The notes under the pieces were generated by a model. That model saw nothing but the letters and a program-made list of their open reading frames with translations. It ran no database searches and was not told the origin of the DNA. The translations under genes were made by a program, and so were the position numbers. 56,193 nucleotides of DNA from a virus. Taxonomy: Duplodnaviria; Caudoviricetes. Shown in pieces: positions 16,101 through 24,728 of this stretch (positions within the stretch are counted from its first letter, which is position 1; the number at the start of each line of letters is the position of its first letter). The stretch covers positions 1 to 56,193 of the IMG/VR virus record IMGVR_UViG_3300033513_000007. One strand, 5' to 3'.

Positions 16101-17600
16101 CTCGCCACTGATCGACGTGGCGTTGGTCATGTCGTAATCGAGGTCGTTGTTCGTGCCGGCTTGCTGTATAGGACTCGTGCCGTTGTTCTTCCATGTATGG
16201 AAGATATTGTTTCGGGATACTGTCTGTTGGAATAGCTGCGTGGTACCGGTGCCCGAGATACCCCAGCCCCCACCTAGCCCGTAGGTAGCGCCACCCCCTG
16301 TTGCCTGAAGCATAGTGTTGTGGAAGATATAGCGTCGGCCGGGGCCGCAAGAGCCGTTGTAATTGGGGCCGTCCGAGCAATTGGAAATCGTGCCCGACTT
16401 GGCTAGACCTTGCCGGTCATCGGAGTCAAGGGACACGCCGTAGTATTCGCGGCTGCGGTTGAAGACATTGCGGAAAACGTAAGTTGGGCCTATGACGATA
16501 GGCGTGGTAGATATGGCCGGGTTGGTCTTGTCAAAGTAGTTGGCATAGATGCGAACATTCTGCCCGCCGCCATCGGCCTCGACCCCATCATCCATCACGT
16601 TCTTGATGATGTTCCCATAAATGTCGGAGTCCTTGCCGGGAGAGCCGTACTTGGAAAAGTTCTCACCCCCCGTGATTCCGTCGTTGAAGTAGTGATCGGT
16701 AGTCGTCGTTTCACTTGAGTAGATTTCGTTGTAGCGGATGACGTTGTTGCCGTTACATTCCTGAATCATGATGCCAGCCGGCCCCCATGGGTGGCTGACG
16801 GACCAACTCACGGAGCCGTATCGGGCGTCGTGAATCTTGTTGCGCTGGATGGTGATCTTGTTCGTGGCGTTGGTGATCGGGCCATAGCCGCCACCATCGG
16901 TGATGACGCCACTCGAATTGACCTCGCACATCGACGCCACCCCAGCGTCGAGTTCTCCTACCCCGACTCCGAATGCCCCCGGCACTTGCCCCCACCCGCT
17001 GATGTCGTTGCCCTCGATGATAACATCATGCACTTGGGGCCCTAGATTGATGCCGTTTATCTGTGCCCCCTTGAGCGTCAAGCCTCGTATGATGATGTAA
17101 TTCGCAGTGACGTTGATGTTGTACTGCGCGGCGTTGGCTACGTCGATGGTCGCCGGCCCAGTGTAGAGGATGTAGCCATCGGCGGCGCCGCTGGCGGTGA
17201 TGTTCAGTTGGGTGGATCGGTCGGTAACGGGGATCGTCTGCGCAATGGGTAGGCTACTGGGGTCGGTCCATGTGCTTTGCGTAATGGCGGCGGGGTACGT
17301 GCCCGTGGTGACGCCCATCTGAAAGTCATATGACGTTCCCGAGGCCAATCCGACGACGCTGCCTCGGCATTGGCTGACGCGGGCGTCGTACCACATAGAG
17401 AGGGCGTTGTTCCAAACGCTGTCGGCAGTCTTCTTGTACTGCACGATGCACCCGGCGCTGCCGGGGTTGGACGGCGGGGTCCAGTAAAGCCCCATGTTCT
17501 CGTATGTTGGGACGGCGGTACAGTCTTGCCCGACTGTGCAGGCCGCAGATGCGACGGAAGAGACGAGGAAAGCGACTAGACCTATCAGCCAGTTTTTCAT
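13119..17600 (-). CDS. Secreted multi-domain polysaccharide-active protein: signal peptide, FN3-like domain, right-handed beta-helix, polysaccharide-lyase-like domain, six Trp-rich repeats, CBM6/35-like C-terminus (1,493 aa)
   Basis: MKNWLIGLVAFLVSSVASA signal; beta-helix stacks (IIRGLTL, IEGNDI, IRYNEI, DDGVEADG) ending in APDIGA; lyase-like motifs (NKWYDFVMH.KWS, WLNG, YLKL); IEAESYNNGGEG.GYHD CBM start; poly-Pro linkers. Confidence 0.8.
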   Translation of the reverse strand: MKNWLIGLVAFLVSSVASAACTVGQDCTAVPTYENMGLYWTPPSNPGSAGCIVQYKKTADSVWNNALSMWYDARVSQCRGSVVGLASGTSYDFQMGVTTGTYPAAITQSTWTDPSSLPIAQTIPVTDRSTQLNITASGAADGYILYTGPATIDVANAAQYNINVTANYIIIRGLTLKGAQINGINLGPQVHDVIIEGNDISGWGQVPGAFGVGVGELDAGVASMCEVNSSGVITDGGGYGPITNATNKITIQRNKIHDARYGSVSWSVSHPWGPAGIMIQECNGNNVIRYNEIYSSETTTTDHYFNDGITGGENFSKYGSPGKDSDIYGNIIKNVMDDGVEADGGGQNVRIYANYFDKTNPAISTTPIVIGPTYVFRNVFNRSREYYGVSLDSDDRQGLAKSGTISNCSDGPNYNGSCGPGRRYIFHNTMLQATGGGATYGLGGGWGISGTGTTQLFQQTVSRNNIFHTWKNNGTSPIQQAGTNNDLDYDMTNATSISGETHGKTSSAPVYATNNGWASESGGLYQQATNSPGYNAGVVIANFNDGYLGTAPDIGAAETGADPMQFGVNAYLTTPPPPPPPPPLSESPNGTAIPPATQITDTNGAVWTLGTDGIIYKDNVATTTSTFNPANATWFGDYESATSVTPPSTTLQCKNSSRAALVATPRSGSYALSLTTLSGDTNIAGSGTWERCDLSFNYVDYEGADMWWASSVYFPDGFHIPTTGQACQSVGPEWHSNYSGDTQPNFMIQVCSEGLMGRVYGGSGAPQTDGPGRYNFSLSDPYGSATITKNKWYDFVMHTKWSYTATGITTVWLNGVQILNRTGPNLYQNYGAYLKLPNYHGAYGTSSVIYYDRTIRGPTQASVSADSSTTVALIYYSASTVYYKDNTDAWHSWNGSAWVTAADPITVLPTSADNSTIPSETQLVDASHDVWTVSGGVIAKNGTPDTSTSNVVLLLWYSAALYQENNVGTWKVWNTTTSVWDASADPRPVTPPPATSADGTTIPDASQIVDNNGDIWTVVAGVVYKNAVAAGYSANVILLGWYGNTIYQQNSALYWWSWNGTDWIAASDPAPPPPPPPPPPPPPSSAGTSIPPAASITDNAANVWTVSASAVYKNGIAANYTANVTVVYWDATDIFYANNIGGWFKWNGTGWTNTTSPIPLATSAEGASIPSESQINDSQGNIWMVVGGVGYRNGVTTSTTSLSQLYYHNSTVYYENTSNAWFYWTGTAWTSTTNPIPVPPTESANNATIPAESQLVDSALNIWTLVSGSAYKNGVPAGYTQDIVYVLYHSATIYVKDILGAYQLWTGSTWSTTTDPLTPPPPSVNTVPLPRKPVVSAVFTGFGVTVPAVIEAESYNNGGEGIGYHDLTTANSGAAYRTVEGVDTIKSCDPLGGRYVVNDFRNGEWLKYDIMVPTQADYSLELRVASKGASGAYHINVDSTNVTGTLSAPNTGNWCRFSWTGVHGITLTPGPHTLTLYSTGTSFNVNQIRITQP

Positions 17601-17658
17601 AGGGCACCTGTGGGAAGCATAGCGGGAAGAGGATACTGCCGTCGTCTTAAAAAGGAAA

Positions 17659-17675
17659 GCCCCCTTGCGGGGGCG
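17659..17675 (-). terminator. Rho-independent terminator upstream of the large secreted gene
   Basis: Minus strand GCCCCC-GCAA-GGGGGC followed by TTTCCTTTT. Confidence 0.65.
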
Positions 17676-17694
17676 CCGGCAACATAGACTCGTT

Positions 17695-18087
17695 TCATGG
17701 CTTGGCCCCCCAACATACTCCACCCGGTATTGGCTCCCACGGGTATGGGGTAGTGGCGAAAAATACTTTTCCCGGTTGTGGCGCGATGTCGGATCGCTCC
17801 GCATCGATTTCCCGTTGCAGCAGGGCGAGCGCACGCCACGCCACCTTGGCGCTATGTCGCTGACCGTCCGTGTCTCGCGTGCCGCGCTCAACGAAGTGGC
17901 GCATCAAAGCGTCGGCCTCGTCTTGGCTCTTGCTCTTGTCCCAATACAGAGGTTGCCCCGGCATGTGCTGCTGGTTGCCGGCCATTGAGCATTCGGCCAC
18001 GGCGGCGAGCGCGTCAGGGAAGTAGTCGATGCAGCCGGTGGCGATGGGCACCGCCTTGCGGGCCTTGGCGTCGGTGGGTAGGCTCAT
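17695..18087 (-). CDS. dATP/dGTP diphosphohydrolase-domain protein (DUF5664-like)
   Basis: FPDALAAVA..S..GN.QH.PG.PL.W...KS....DAL.RH.......D.DG..H.AKVAWRALA. Confidence 0.75.
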   Translation of the reverse strand: MSLPTDAKARKAVPIATGCIDYFPDALAAVAECSMAGNQQHMPGQPLYWDKSKSQDEADALMRHFVERGTRDTDGQRHSAKVAWRALALLQREIDAERSDIAPQPGKVFFATTPYPWEPIPGGVCWGAKP

Positions 18088-18242
18088 CGCGTCACCTTGA
18101 TTTCGATGATCGAGGTAAGGAAGCCGTAAAGGAAGTGCCATATCCCCCCGTAGATATAGTCGATTCGGGCCTGAAGGAACAGATCGCGGAGACGTTGAAC
18201 CTCGTACTGGCTGGCATAGTAATAACGGACAGAGATTTTCAT
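18084..18242 (-). CDS. Small hypothetical protein
   Basis: AGGA RBS; coupled to the downstream gene. Confidence 0.5.
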   Translation of the reverse strand: MKISVRYYYASQYEVQRLRDLFLQARIDYIYGGIWHFLYGFLTSIIEIKVTR

Positions 18243-18255
18243 TTGATGGTTCCTT

Positions 18256-18477
18256 TCATGAGACGCTAAGGTGGGTGGATTCGGTCGTGACTTCGATGAT
18301 CTTGCAACCGCCATACTCTTTGTACCCGTGGTCGCCATAGATGAAGAGGCTACGGGCTTGGCAGTATTCGCGGAGTTCCCCCATCAGCCGATAGCCGATG
18401 TAGAGCGTCGTCGGGTAGCGCTGGTGGCGCTTGAAGTGGTCGTCGATCTTCTGCATGATTCTGTCATGTATGCTCAT
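18256..18477 (-). CDS. Hypothetical protein
   Basis: GAGG RBS; directly follows the primase gene. Confidence 0.65.
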   Translation of the reverse strand: MSIHDRIMQKIDDHFKRHQRYPTTLYIGYRLMGELREYCQARSLFIYGDHGYKEYGGCKIIEVTTESTHLSVS

Positions 18478-18478
18478 A

Positions 18479-20506
18479 TCATTCCTCGGTTTTCACAGCA
18501 ATCTTGATCATCCCTTGTTCTCGAACGAGCTTACCGCGATTGACCAGACCCTTCAGGGCGGTCTTGACGGATTCGTCTTGAGTGTGCCTGCCCTTGGCGG
18601 GGGGCATGGCCGTCTTGGTCGCCTCTATCAACTCGGCTTCCTGTATGAAATCCGCTCCGACTTCCATCATGTCGAGTACGGATTGCCATACGATTTTTTC
18701 GTTATCCCCAAGGGGCTTTTCGTTGCGGCGAATCTCTTTGGCCGTCGTCAGCGTGTGTTCGACGATGCAAGAGGTTATGTCTTCGCCATCCTCATCCCGT
18801 CCTAGTGTGATCGGCAGCAACTTGAAGCCGAAGTCGATCTTGTCGGGTCCGTCCTTCAGCTTCGATACCGTAAGCGCCCGGTCGTCTTCAGCCCGAATGA
18901 CTTCAAACTCCGCATCTGCGTTGCCCAACAAACCGGACCAGCCGCGCGCTCCCTTGCTGGAATCCTTGCCGCAGTGGTGGATCAGCATAACCGGGCAGCG
19001 ACATGTGCGGCTCAGTCCTTGGCAATGCACCAGCAGCTTACCCACGTCCTCGCTACTGTTCTCGTTGCCCCCGGCCATGACTTGCGCCATCGTATCAACG
19101 ACGATCAACTCCACATCGCCCGCAGCCTTGATCTGCCGCGCGACTTCCTTTACCGTCTCTTTGTCGAGAAAGTTAGGGGCGACAGGTATGACGATTATAT
19201 CCAGATCAGAGGGTTTGATACCGTGCTGCCAGCAGTAGGCTTGGAAGCGCAGGCGTGCGCCGCCGACACCTTCCGCGATGATGTAGGCGCAGCGGCCCTT
19301 GATGACCTTGCGGTTGCGCCACGGTACCCCACGGGCAAGGCACCCCATCATGTCAATCGCCATAAAGGACTTACCGCTGCTCGGTGCGCCGTACATGACG
19401 ATGACTTGCGCGTCGGGCAGCACACCCTTGATGAGCCACTTCATCGGCGGGGCGACGATAAACTCCGCGATGGTCTGCGGCGCATACTTCGAGTCGGACT
19501 TCGGTGGCGCTTCTTTGGGGGTCTCTTTGTCGAGGTCGTCGAACTCGCCCGATACATCCGGCGCCCAGCCGTGTTCGGCGGCTAGTCTAAGGATTGTACG
19601 GTCGGTGATTGGTTTGTCCCGAGAGTCGTCAATGTACGGCCACACCCGGTTATCAAGAAACTCCGCATCGTACTTTGAAGAACGTGCTGAAAATTCGTGG
19701 GCAAGGGCAAGGCCGTCTGGTGATCCTCCTGTCGCGTAGTGAATTCCAAAAATGACATCGCGCCACATGTCGTAATCAAGATCGTCGGCATCACAGTTGG
19801 GTATCGCATTGAGGGCGCCTTGCAAGGTTTTGAATTCGGTGGGAGTGTCGGTGCGCTCGGCAACAGGAGGACGGGGCACGACGGTAACGACGCCGCTGGT
19901 CGGCCACGGGATCGTGGCGATGGCTTCCTTGGCGAGCGGCTGGAAGTGTTCATCCAGCGGCACGCTCTTCCCCGCCAGAGGCAGTATGAATTGGTTGCCG
20001 TTGTGACCGGGAGCGACATGATCCTGCTTCGGGAAGATTTCAATCTCATGATGCTGCACCCCGCCCGCGCCATTCTTGTAGCCGATGGCTTCGAGTGCGG
20101 AGTTCATGAAGTGCCGAACGCTGTAGGCGTCTTGCGGCTCATCCCACAGCAAGAACAGGTGCATACCGTTGCCGCCCGAGGAGCGGAAGGGTACGATTTG
20201 TGCGCCTTCGGCGGACAGTGCCTCGCTCAACTGTTCGGCCACAGCGGCAAGGTCGTTCCACGATACCTCGCCCTTGTGGCTGTCCAGATCATAGAGTCCC
20301 AGCCGTGTCGTGCTTTCCCCTTCCTTGATCGGGCAGCAGCCGCGAGGCATGCCGCCGTCAAGGTGAGTTGCCATGCGCGCCTTCGTCAGCGGCTCCGTCG
20401 TCCAGCGCGACCCGTCAGCCAGCTTGATAGCTGTTATGTCGAGCCGAACACGGGAGAGGATCGGGCGAAGAGGCTCGATCAGCGGGTGATCGGTTTGTTT
20501 GGGCAT
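18479..20506 (-). CDS. Primase-helicase (AEP-type primase, PriCT-2, AAA_25/RepA-like helicase)
   Basis: DLD and SSGGNGMH primase motifs; YDMWRDVIFGIH PriCT-2; GAPSSGKS Walker A; IVVDT; IHH.GKD..KGARG. Confidence 0.9.
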   Translation of the reverse strand: MPKQTDHPLIEPLRPILSRVRLDITAIKLADGSRWTTEPLTKARMATHLDGGMPRGCCPIKEGESTTRLGLYDLDSHKGEVSWNDLAAVAEQLSEALSAEGAQIVPFRSSGGNGMHLFLLWDEPQDAYSVRHFMNSALEAIGYKNGAGGVQHHEIEIFPKQDHVAPGHNGNQFILPLAGKSVPLDEHFQPLAKEAIATIPWPTSGVVTVVPRPPVAERTDTPTEFKTLQGALNAIPNCDADDLDYDMWRDVIFGIHYATGGSPDGLALAHEFSARSSKYDAEFLDNRVWPYIDDSRDKPITDRTILRLAAEHGWAPDVSGEFDDLDKETPKEAPPKSDSKYAPQTIAEFIVAPPMKWLIKGVLPDAQVIVMYGAPSSGKSFMAIDMMGCLARGVPWRNRKVIKGRCAYIIAEGVGGARLRFQAYCWQHGIKPSDLDIIVIPVAPNFLDKETVKEVARQIKAAGDVELIVVDTMAQVMAGGNENSSEDVGKLLVHCQGLSRTCRCPVMLIHHCGKDSSKGARGWSGLLGNADAEFEVIRAEDDRALTVSKLKDGPDKIDFGFKLLPITLGRDEDGEDITSCIVEHTLTTAKEIRRNEKPLGDNEKIVWQSVLDMMEVGADFIQEAELIEATKTAMPPAKGRHTQDESVKTALKGLVNRGKLVREQGMIKIAVKTEE

Positions 20507-20528
20507 CTAAGCTCCCGTGGTCGAGAGC

Positions 20529-20726
20529 TTATTGGGAAAAGTCGTAAGGCGTCAGGGCCTTCGTGATCTGTCCGAAGGACGCAGTAATGAGCAGGGAAGT
20601 ACCGTCGTCGGCGATGACTTCCGCCCCCTCCGGGTGTGGATACACGAAGCGAACGGCCTCGAAATTCACGAGGACTTCGGTGCGACCGGGGCAGTTATCC
20701 TTCGTGGCTTTGAAGAAGAGAGCCAT
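20529..20726 (-). CDS. Hypothetical protein
   Basis: AGGAG RBS. Confidence 0.6.
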   Translation of the reverse strand: MALFFKATKDNCPGRTEVLVNFEAVRFVYPHPEGAEVIADDGTSLLITASFGQITKALTPYDFSQ

Positions 20727-20729
20727 GCT

Positions 20730-20921
20730 TTACTCCTGTGTGGGTTGCGGGATGTGGGCGACGTAGTACGGAGTCGTGTGTTCTTGCAATTCCAATTGCA
20801 AGTGGTCCATTAGCGCGGCCAGCGTGTCTTCTTGCGCAACCAGCCTTCTGCGGAGGCAAGTGACCTCGCTCTTAAGGGATTCGACTTCGCTTCGCAATTT
20901 CAGGGTTTCACTTCCAAACAT
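20730..20921 (-). CDS. Small coiled-coil protein
   Basis: Heptad pattern; GGAG RBS. Confidence 0.55.
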   Translation of the reverse strand: MFGSETLKLRSEVESLKSEVTCLRRRLVAQEDTLAALMDHLQLELQEHTTPYYVAHIPQPTQE

Positions 20922-21174
20922 TTGTCATATCTCCACAGTGTTGAACGAACGGGCACTTCTTGCAAGTGTCCGACAGAGTTTGTCGACGAACGGCCCCCCC
21001 GCTGGCCTTCTCGATGCGAACGGCGAACTCGGCGGTGATCGCCACCTTGCCTTGAGTCTTGTAGCCGTGAGCCGCGAGACGCAGCGCATCGACAGAAGAC
21101 CCAGCGCGCATGGCGAAGGCTTTCCGCTCGTCTTGCGACAACGAATTTAGGTAGGTCAGTAGGGGGTTTTTCAT
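20908..21174 (-). CDS. Cro/YdaS-like HTH transcriptional regulator
   Basis: RKAFA.RAGSS...LR..A.G...A.RIEKASGG.V.R..L pattern. Confidence 0.75.
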   Translation of the reverse strand: MKNPLLTYLNSLSQDERKAFAMRAGSSVDALRLAAHGYKTQGKVAITAEFAVRIEKASGGAVRRQTLSDTCKKCPFVQHCGDMTNVWK

Positions 21175-21231
21175 GGTACATCCTTGATCGAGAGCGCGAG
21201 CATACACCTAAAGCGTAGCCGGTGCAACAGG

Positions 21232-21501
21232 TTACTCCTGACTGAGATTCCAGAGGAACATGGCGAAATTGGCGACATCAACTTCCTGTCCATGCACGTC
21301 GGCAATGCGGAACATTTCCTGCGCCATGGCAGTTTCGTGTTTGGGGTTGTCCCACTCGCGCCAGCCCTTCACGGCCTTGGAGCAGAGCTTCGCTTTCATA
21401 TCCTTGGCAAACGCATCGACGCATTCGCACAGGACGCGGCACTCGGCTATCTCGCGCTGCGGCCCTTCGAGGGTACGGGGTACTGAGAATTTCATTGTCA
21501 T
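21232..21501 (-). CDS. Hypothetical protein
   Basis: FAKDMKAKL...KGWR.W...VDVANFAMFL motif seen in phage proteins. Confidence 0.65.
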   Translation of the reverse strand: MTMKFSVPRTLEGPQREIAECRVLCECVDAFAKDMKAKLCSKAVKGWREWDNPKHETAMAQEMFRIADVHGQEVDVANFAMFLWNLSQE

Positions 21502-21956
21502 TTTCCTGAAATATAGTGACGGCGAAGATGCTCGCATTGATATTCGAGGTTCTTGATGTGTTCTGCATAGCTGTTGGCAATGTCCTGCCAGCGAGACATC
21601 GACAGGTATAGGTCTTTAGCGTTGTCTTCGGCTTCCTTGGTGAGATATACCTGCCTGTTGAGTCGCGCTTCGAGGTAGTTGATCCATGCTTTCTGGATTT
21701 CGTTGTCTTTCTTCAGATCGGCGTAGGTGGGGCCGAGAGTGCCGTAGCGGGCACCGATGCAGGGCGGCATGCCGACTTTGCGCGGCGGTGGAGCGAATGA
21801 GGTAGGGCCTATGTTGCCGTGCAGAGGAGGGCACGGATGTAAGTACGCGGCGGCGTTGGCTTCCGGCGATGTGTCGGCCAAGTCTGTAAGGGTAATCGCC
21901 TTTGCAACCATATCCCCGAGCGCAGCACGATAGAGGGGGTCTTCCGGTTTGTTCAT
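21498..21956 (-). CDS. Hypothetical protein with C-terminal coiled coil
   Basis: AGGA RBS; tandem packing. Confidence 0.6.
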   Translation of the reverse strand: MNKPEDPLYRAALGDMVAKAITLTDLADTSPEANAAAYLHPCPPLHGNIGPTSFAPPPRKVGMPPCIGARYGTLGPTYADLKKDNEIQKAWINYLEARLNRQVYLTKEAEDNAKDLYLSMSRWQDIANSYAEHIKNLEYQCEHLRRHYISGK

Positions 21957-21968
21957 GATAGTGTCCTT

Positions 21969-23201
21969 TTAGTTCAGCGGCTCGAAGGGAACCGGCTTGA
22001 TGATGCGCGGGCGGGATGCAAACTGCATTGCCCAGCGCGCGGTGACTCCGTGCTTGGCATTGACGAATAGCAGCCATTGCTCGGGCGGCACGGGGATGAA
22101 GCGGAACTGTTTGCCGTACTGAGTGTAGCCGCAGAGGCAACCGTTGGCGAAGGTGTTGTCGATTTCCATGCGCGTGTGGAAGTGGCCCAGCAGGATGTAG
22201 TCGAGCGTCGTGCCCAGCGCGGCATAGTACTCGGTCAGCTTCTTTGCGCCTCGGGCTATCGGCGCCGCCGTGCCCACAAATCCGCGACCGCCTCCCGTTC
22301 CGATACGGTCGCCGTGCGTAGCCAAGAACGTATAGCCCAGCACGTTGAAGAGGGCGTCGCCCGACTCGGGCGTCCAGAAGGTGACGTTCTCGTTGCTCTC
22401 GAACGCCATTTCGAGCATGTATGCGGAAAGCGTATCGAAATTGCGAGCCGCATTCTCTTTGCTATGCGGCTGCACAGTGTCGCGCCCGTGGTTGCCGGGG
22501 TTGGTGATCGTCCAGACATGACCGAATTCCTGTTGAAGTTGATGGATGCCCCAGCGTTCCATCTTGACCAACTCGCGCACGGCGGGCTGTGCCTTGAGGT
22601 CGTTGGTTTCCTTGAGGTCGTGGATGTCGCCTGCCACGAGGTCGCCGTTGCGCAGGTAGATGATGCCGGGATATTGCGGGGTGACGGTGCCCATGAAGTT
22701 GTGGGCCAGCGATATGGTCTTCTCGATCATGTGGCGGTAGCGCTGCGCCGCGATGTTCTTGTTGAAGGCGTTGATGCCGTCGAGTTCTTCGGCCTTGACA
22801 TACTCGCCCAAGTGGAAGTCCGAGAAGTCAAGGATCGGAACCTGCGTATCGGCGTGGCAATCGGCCACCTTCGGGAGCCAGTCGGGCGGCGTAGTATCTT
22901 GTTGCGCTAGTCCGAACACCGTCGCCCGCAGATCGTCGGCAGTGTTGAGCGCTCGCGTCTGCCGGCGCACAGTCGCACGCAATTCTTGAATCTCGTCGGC
23001 CGCACGTTGGGCCGCGCGCCTGTCGATGTCGGGCTTGTCCTTCACTGAGGGTACTTCAAGCCCGAGGCGCTGCATGCGGTTCTGGAAAGTCGGGCGGCTG
23101 ATGCCCAGCATGATCGCAGCCTTGACTTGGTTGTAGCCGCTGGCTTCCCATGCGTCCTTGGTGCGCTTGATTTCATGCGGGGTAAGTTGCGTTCCAGACA
23201 T
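21969..23201 (-). CDS. Calcineurin-like metallophosphoesterase with N-terminal Fis-like HTH
   Basis: SDFH, GDLV, GNHGR, THGD, GHFH motifs; NQVKAAIMLGISRPTF HTH. Confidence 0.85.
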   Translation of the reverse strand: MSGTQLTPHEIKRTKDAWEASGYNQVKAAIMLGISRPTFQNRMQRLGLEVPSVKDKPDIDRRAAQRAADEIQELRATVRRQTRALNTADDLRATVFGLAQQDTTPPDWLPKVADCHADTQVPILDFSDFHLGEYVKAEELDGINAFNKNIAAQRYRHMIEKTISLAHNFMGTVTPQYPGIIYLRNGDLVAGDIHDLKETNDLKAQPAVRELVKMERWGIHQLQQEFGHVWTITNPGNHGRDTVQPHSKENAARNFDTLSAYMLEMAFESNENVTFWTPESGDALFNVLGYTFLATHGDRIGTGGGRGFVGTAAPIARGAKKLTEYYAALGTTLDYILLGHFHTRMEIDNTFANGCLCGYTQYGKQFRFIPVPPEQWLLFVNAKHGVTARWAMQFASRPRIIKPVPFEPLN

Positions 23202-23610
23202 TTCTTTTTTCCTTTGCGTTTGTCATTTTGACGACAGGTTCTGTGGGCGGGCTGGTGTCTCGGTATCCTCGTTTTTTGTAGAACCCGACGGCATCACTCT
23301 CGGCCAGAAGGGTGATGGGCAACCCTCTCTTTTCAAGATGGGACATCAGGGTGGAACCGGCCCGGTAGCGGGCGGGAGCGATGGACCCGAGATAGCTGAC
23401 ATGGATGTAGTCGCGGAAAGGCAAGTAGGCTACCGCCGCAAGCGGGTTCCCGTTGTCGTCGTACATGACATAGACCTGTTGCTCGGGGTAGCTTTTGACC
23501 GCGAGGATCAGCATGTTCAATGCCGCCTTGTTGAAGAGGGTAGGGTCTAGCTTACGAAGTTCAACCAGCAAAGCGTTGCGGCGCTTGTGGCTCTTGAGGT
23601 ATTCGATCAT
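23173..23610 (-). CDS. GNAT-family acetyltransferase
   Basis: AGSTLM and AVGFYKKRGY GNAT motifs. Confidence 0.7.
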   Translation of the reverse strand: MIEYLKSHKRRNALLVELRKLDPTLFNKAALNMLILAVKSYPEQQVYVMYDDNGNPLAAVAYLPFRDYIHVSYLGSIAPARYRAGSTLMSHLEKRGLPITLLAESDAVGFYKKRGYRDTSPPTEPVVKMTNAKEKRNVWNATYPA

Positions 23611-23810
23611 GCGGCTATGGGTTCTTCAGGTGGCAGCACGCTATCGGGATCGACGCGGAAGGCTTCGACCGTCTTGGCGGCATGCTGCGGGGGATCGTCC
23701 TTGGAGATTCGCGCCTTGTGCGTGATGCGCCGATTGTGGTAGCGCGTCCAGAGGTCACCTTCGATGAGGACGAGGTAGCGGGGATGCAAGAGGGGAACGA
23801 AGTCCATCAT
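23607..23810 (-). CDS. Hypothetical protein
   Basis: Translationally coupled. Confidence 0.55.
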   Translation of the reverse strand: MMDFVPLLHPRYLVLIEGDLWTRYHNRRITHKARISKDDPPQHAAKTVEAFRVDPDSVLPPEEPIAA

Positions 23811-23998
23811 TAGTCGTTACCCGCCAGCTTGCACATCCGAGTGTGGGCCTCGTCGAAGCCTTTAACGAAATGGGATACGACGAACTCGTGGTCCCAGTCG
23901 TAAAGCGAAACGACATACCCACCTTCGGAGGGTTCGATGACGGCCTTGCCGGCGGGGCCAACACAACTGAATGGGGGAAGATCGTAACGAGTAGCCAT
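23810..23998 (-). CDS. Hypothetical protein
   Basis: AGGAG RBS; first gene of the leftward unit. Confidence 0.6.
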   Translation of the reverse strand: MATRYDLPPFSCVGPAGKAVIEPSEGGYVVSLYDWDHEFVVSHFVKGFDEAHTRMCKLAGND

Positions 23999-24031
23999 GA
24001 TTCAGCACTCCTGATTTGCGTGACGCCCCGG

Positions 24032-24060
24032 ACTGTAGCCGAGACTACCACCCGTGTCAA
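24032..24060 (-). promoter_or_regulatory. Sigma70 promoter (leftward)
   Basis: TTGACA-17-TACAGT. Confidence 0.75.
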
Positions 24061-24083
24061 GAAAAATATTTTCTCGAAACCCC

Positions 24084-24112
24084 TTGACTTGTACTTTTCA
24101 CTACGCTAACCT
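24084..24112 (+). promoter_or_regulatory. Sigma70 promoter (rightward), back-to-back with the leftward one
   Basis: TTGACT-17-TAACCT; shared AT-rich spacer. Confidence 0.7.
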
Positions 24113-24148
24113 GCGAAGCGTTTTCCGATCAACCCACAGGAGTTCAGC

Positions 24149-24328
24149 ATGCTCTACCAGACAACCACCCCGATACTCGACCCGGACTTGGCCGCAGTCA
24201 AGGAAGAACTGCTCGCCTTCCTGAAGCAACGCGATGTGCAACTCATCGGCAACATGGCGGGCGTCGTGTTCATTGGCCCAGCGCATCCCGGCGCCAATGT
24301 TCCGACCTTCCTGTCGATCACGGACTGA
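24149..24328 (+). CDS. Small hypothetical protein
   Basis: AGGAG RBS; 59 aa. Confidence 0.6.
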   Translation: MLYQTTTPILDPDLAAVKEELLAFLKQRDVQLIGNMAGVVFIGPAHPGANVPTFLSITD

Positions 24329-24331
24329 ATC

Positions 24332-24538
24332 ATGAAGCGCGATCCACGCTTCGAGGCACCGAAGCCACAGGCGACCAACAAGTACGCGAAGTGCGGCGAG
24401 GATGAGACGACGGAGTTGTTGATGGTGGCCGCAGAGATTCGCGCGGTGCTGGCGAAGCATGGTATGGTCTTCGATGACCGGAGCGCCATCCGATACGCCA
24501 ATCGTCGTGACCCTAGCATCTTCGTGGATAAGGAATGA
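24332..24538 (+). CDS. Hypothetical protein
   Basis: Tandem packing. Confidence 0.6.
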   Translation: MKRDPRFEAPKPQATNKYAKCGEDETTELLMVAAEIRAVLAKHGMVFDDRSAIRYANRRDPSIFVDKE

Positions 24539-24540
24539 TC

Positions 24541-24728
24541 ATGCACAGCCTCGAAACCATCCATCGTCTGAATGCAGAAGCAATCGATCTGCATGTCATC
24601 GACACGCTCGCCCGCAAGCAACAGTTGCAGGCGGCAATGAATGCGGCAATCCCGCAGAAACCCGAAGCGCTCAAACTTGCCACAAGCGAGGTCGAGAGCG
24701 ACATCAGATAAAGTTTGCCCCCCTGTAA
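24541..24728 (+). CDS. Possible small hypothetical protein (boundaries uncertain)
   Basis: AAGGA RBS precedes MHSLETIHRL; reading frame and end not firmly established. Confidence 0.3.

Noticed and set aside
17601-17891. 97-aa N-terminal extension of the large secreted protein given in the ORF track
   Set aside because: Overlaps the DUF5664 gene and a terminator; the signal peptide begins at ATG 17600
17695-18087. Z-base (2-aminoadenine) or deazaguanine DNA-modification pathway
   Set aside because: No purZ, datZ, dpdA, folE or que genes recognisable; DUF5664 alone is insufficient
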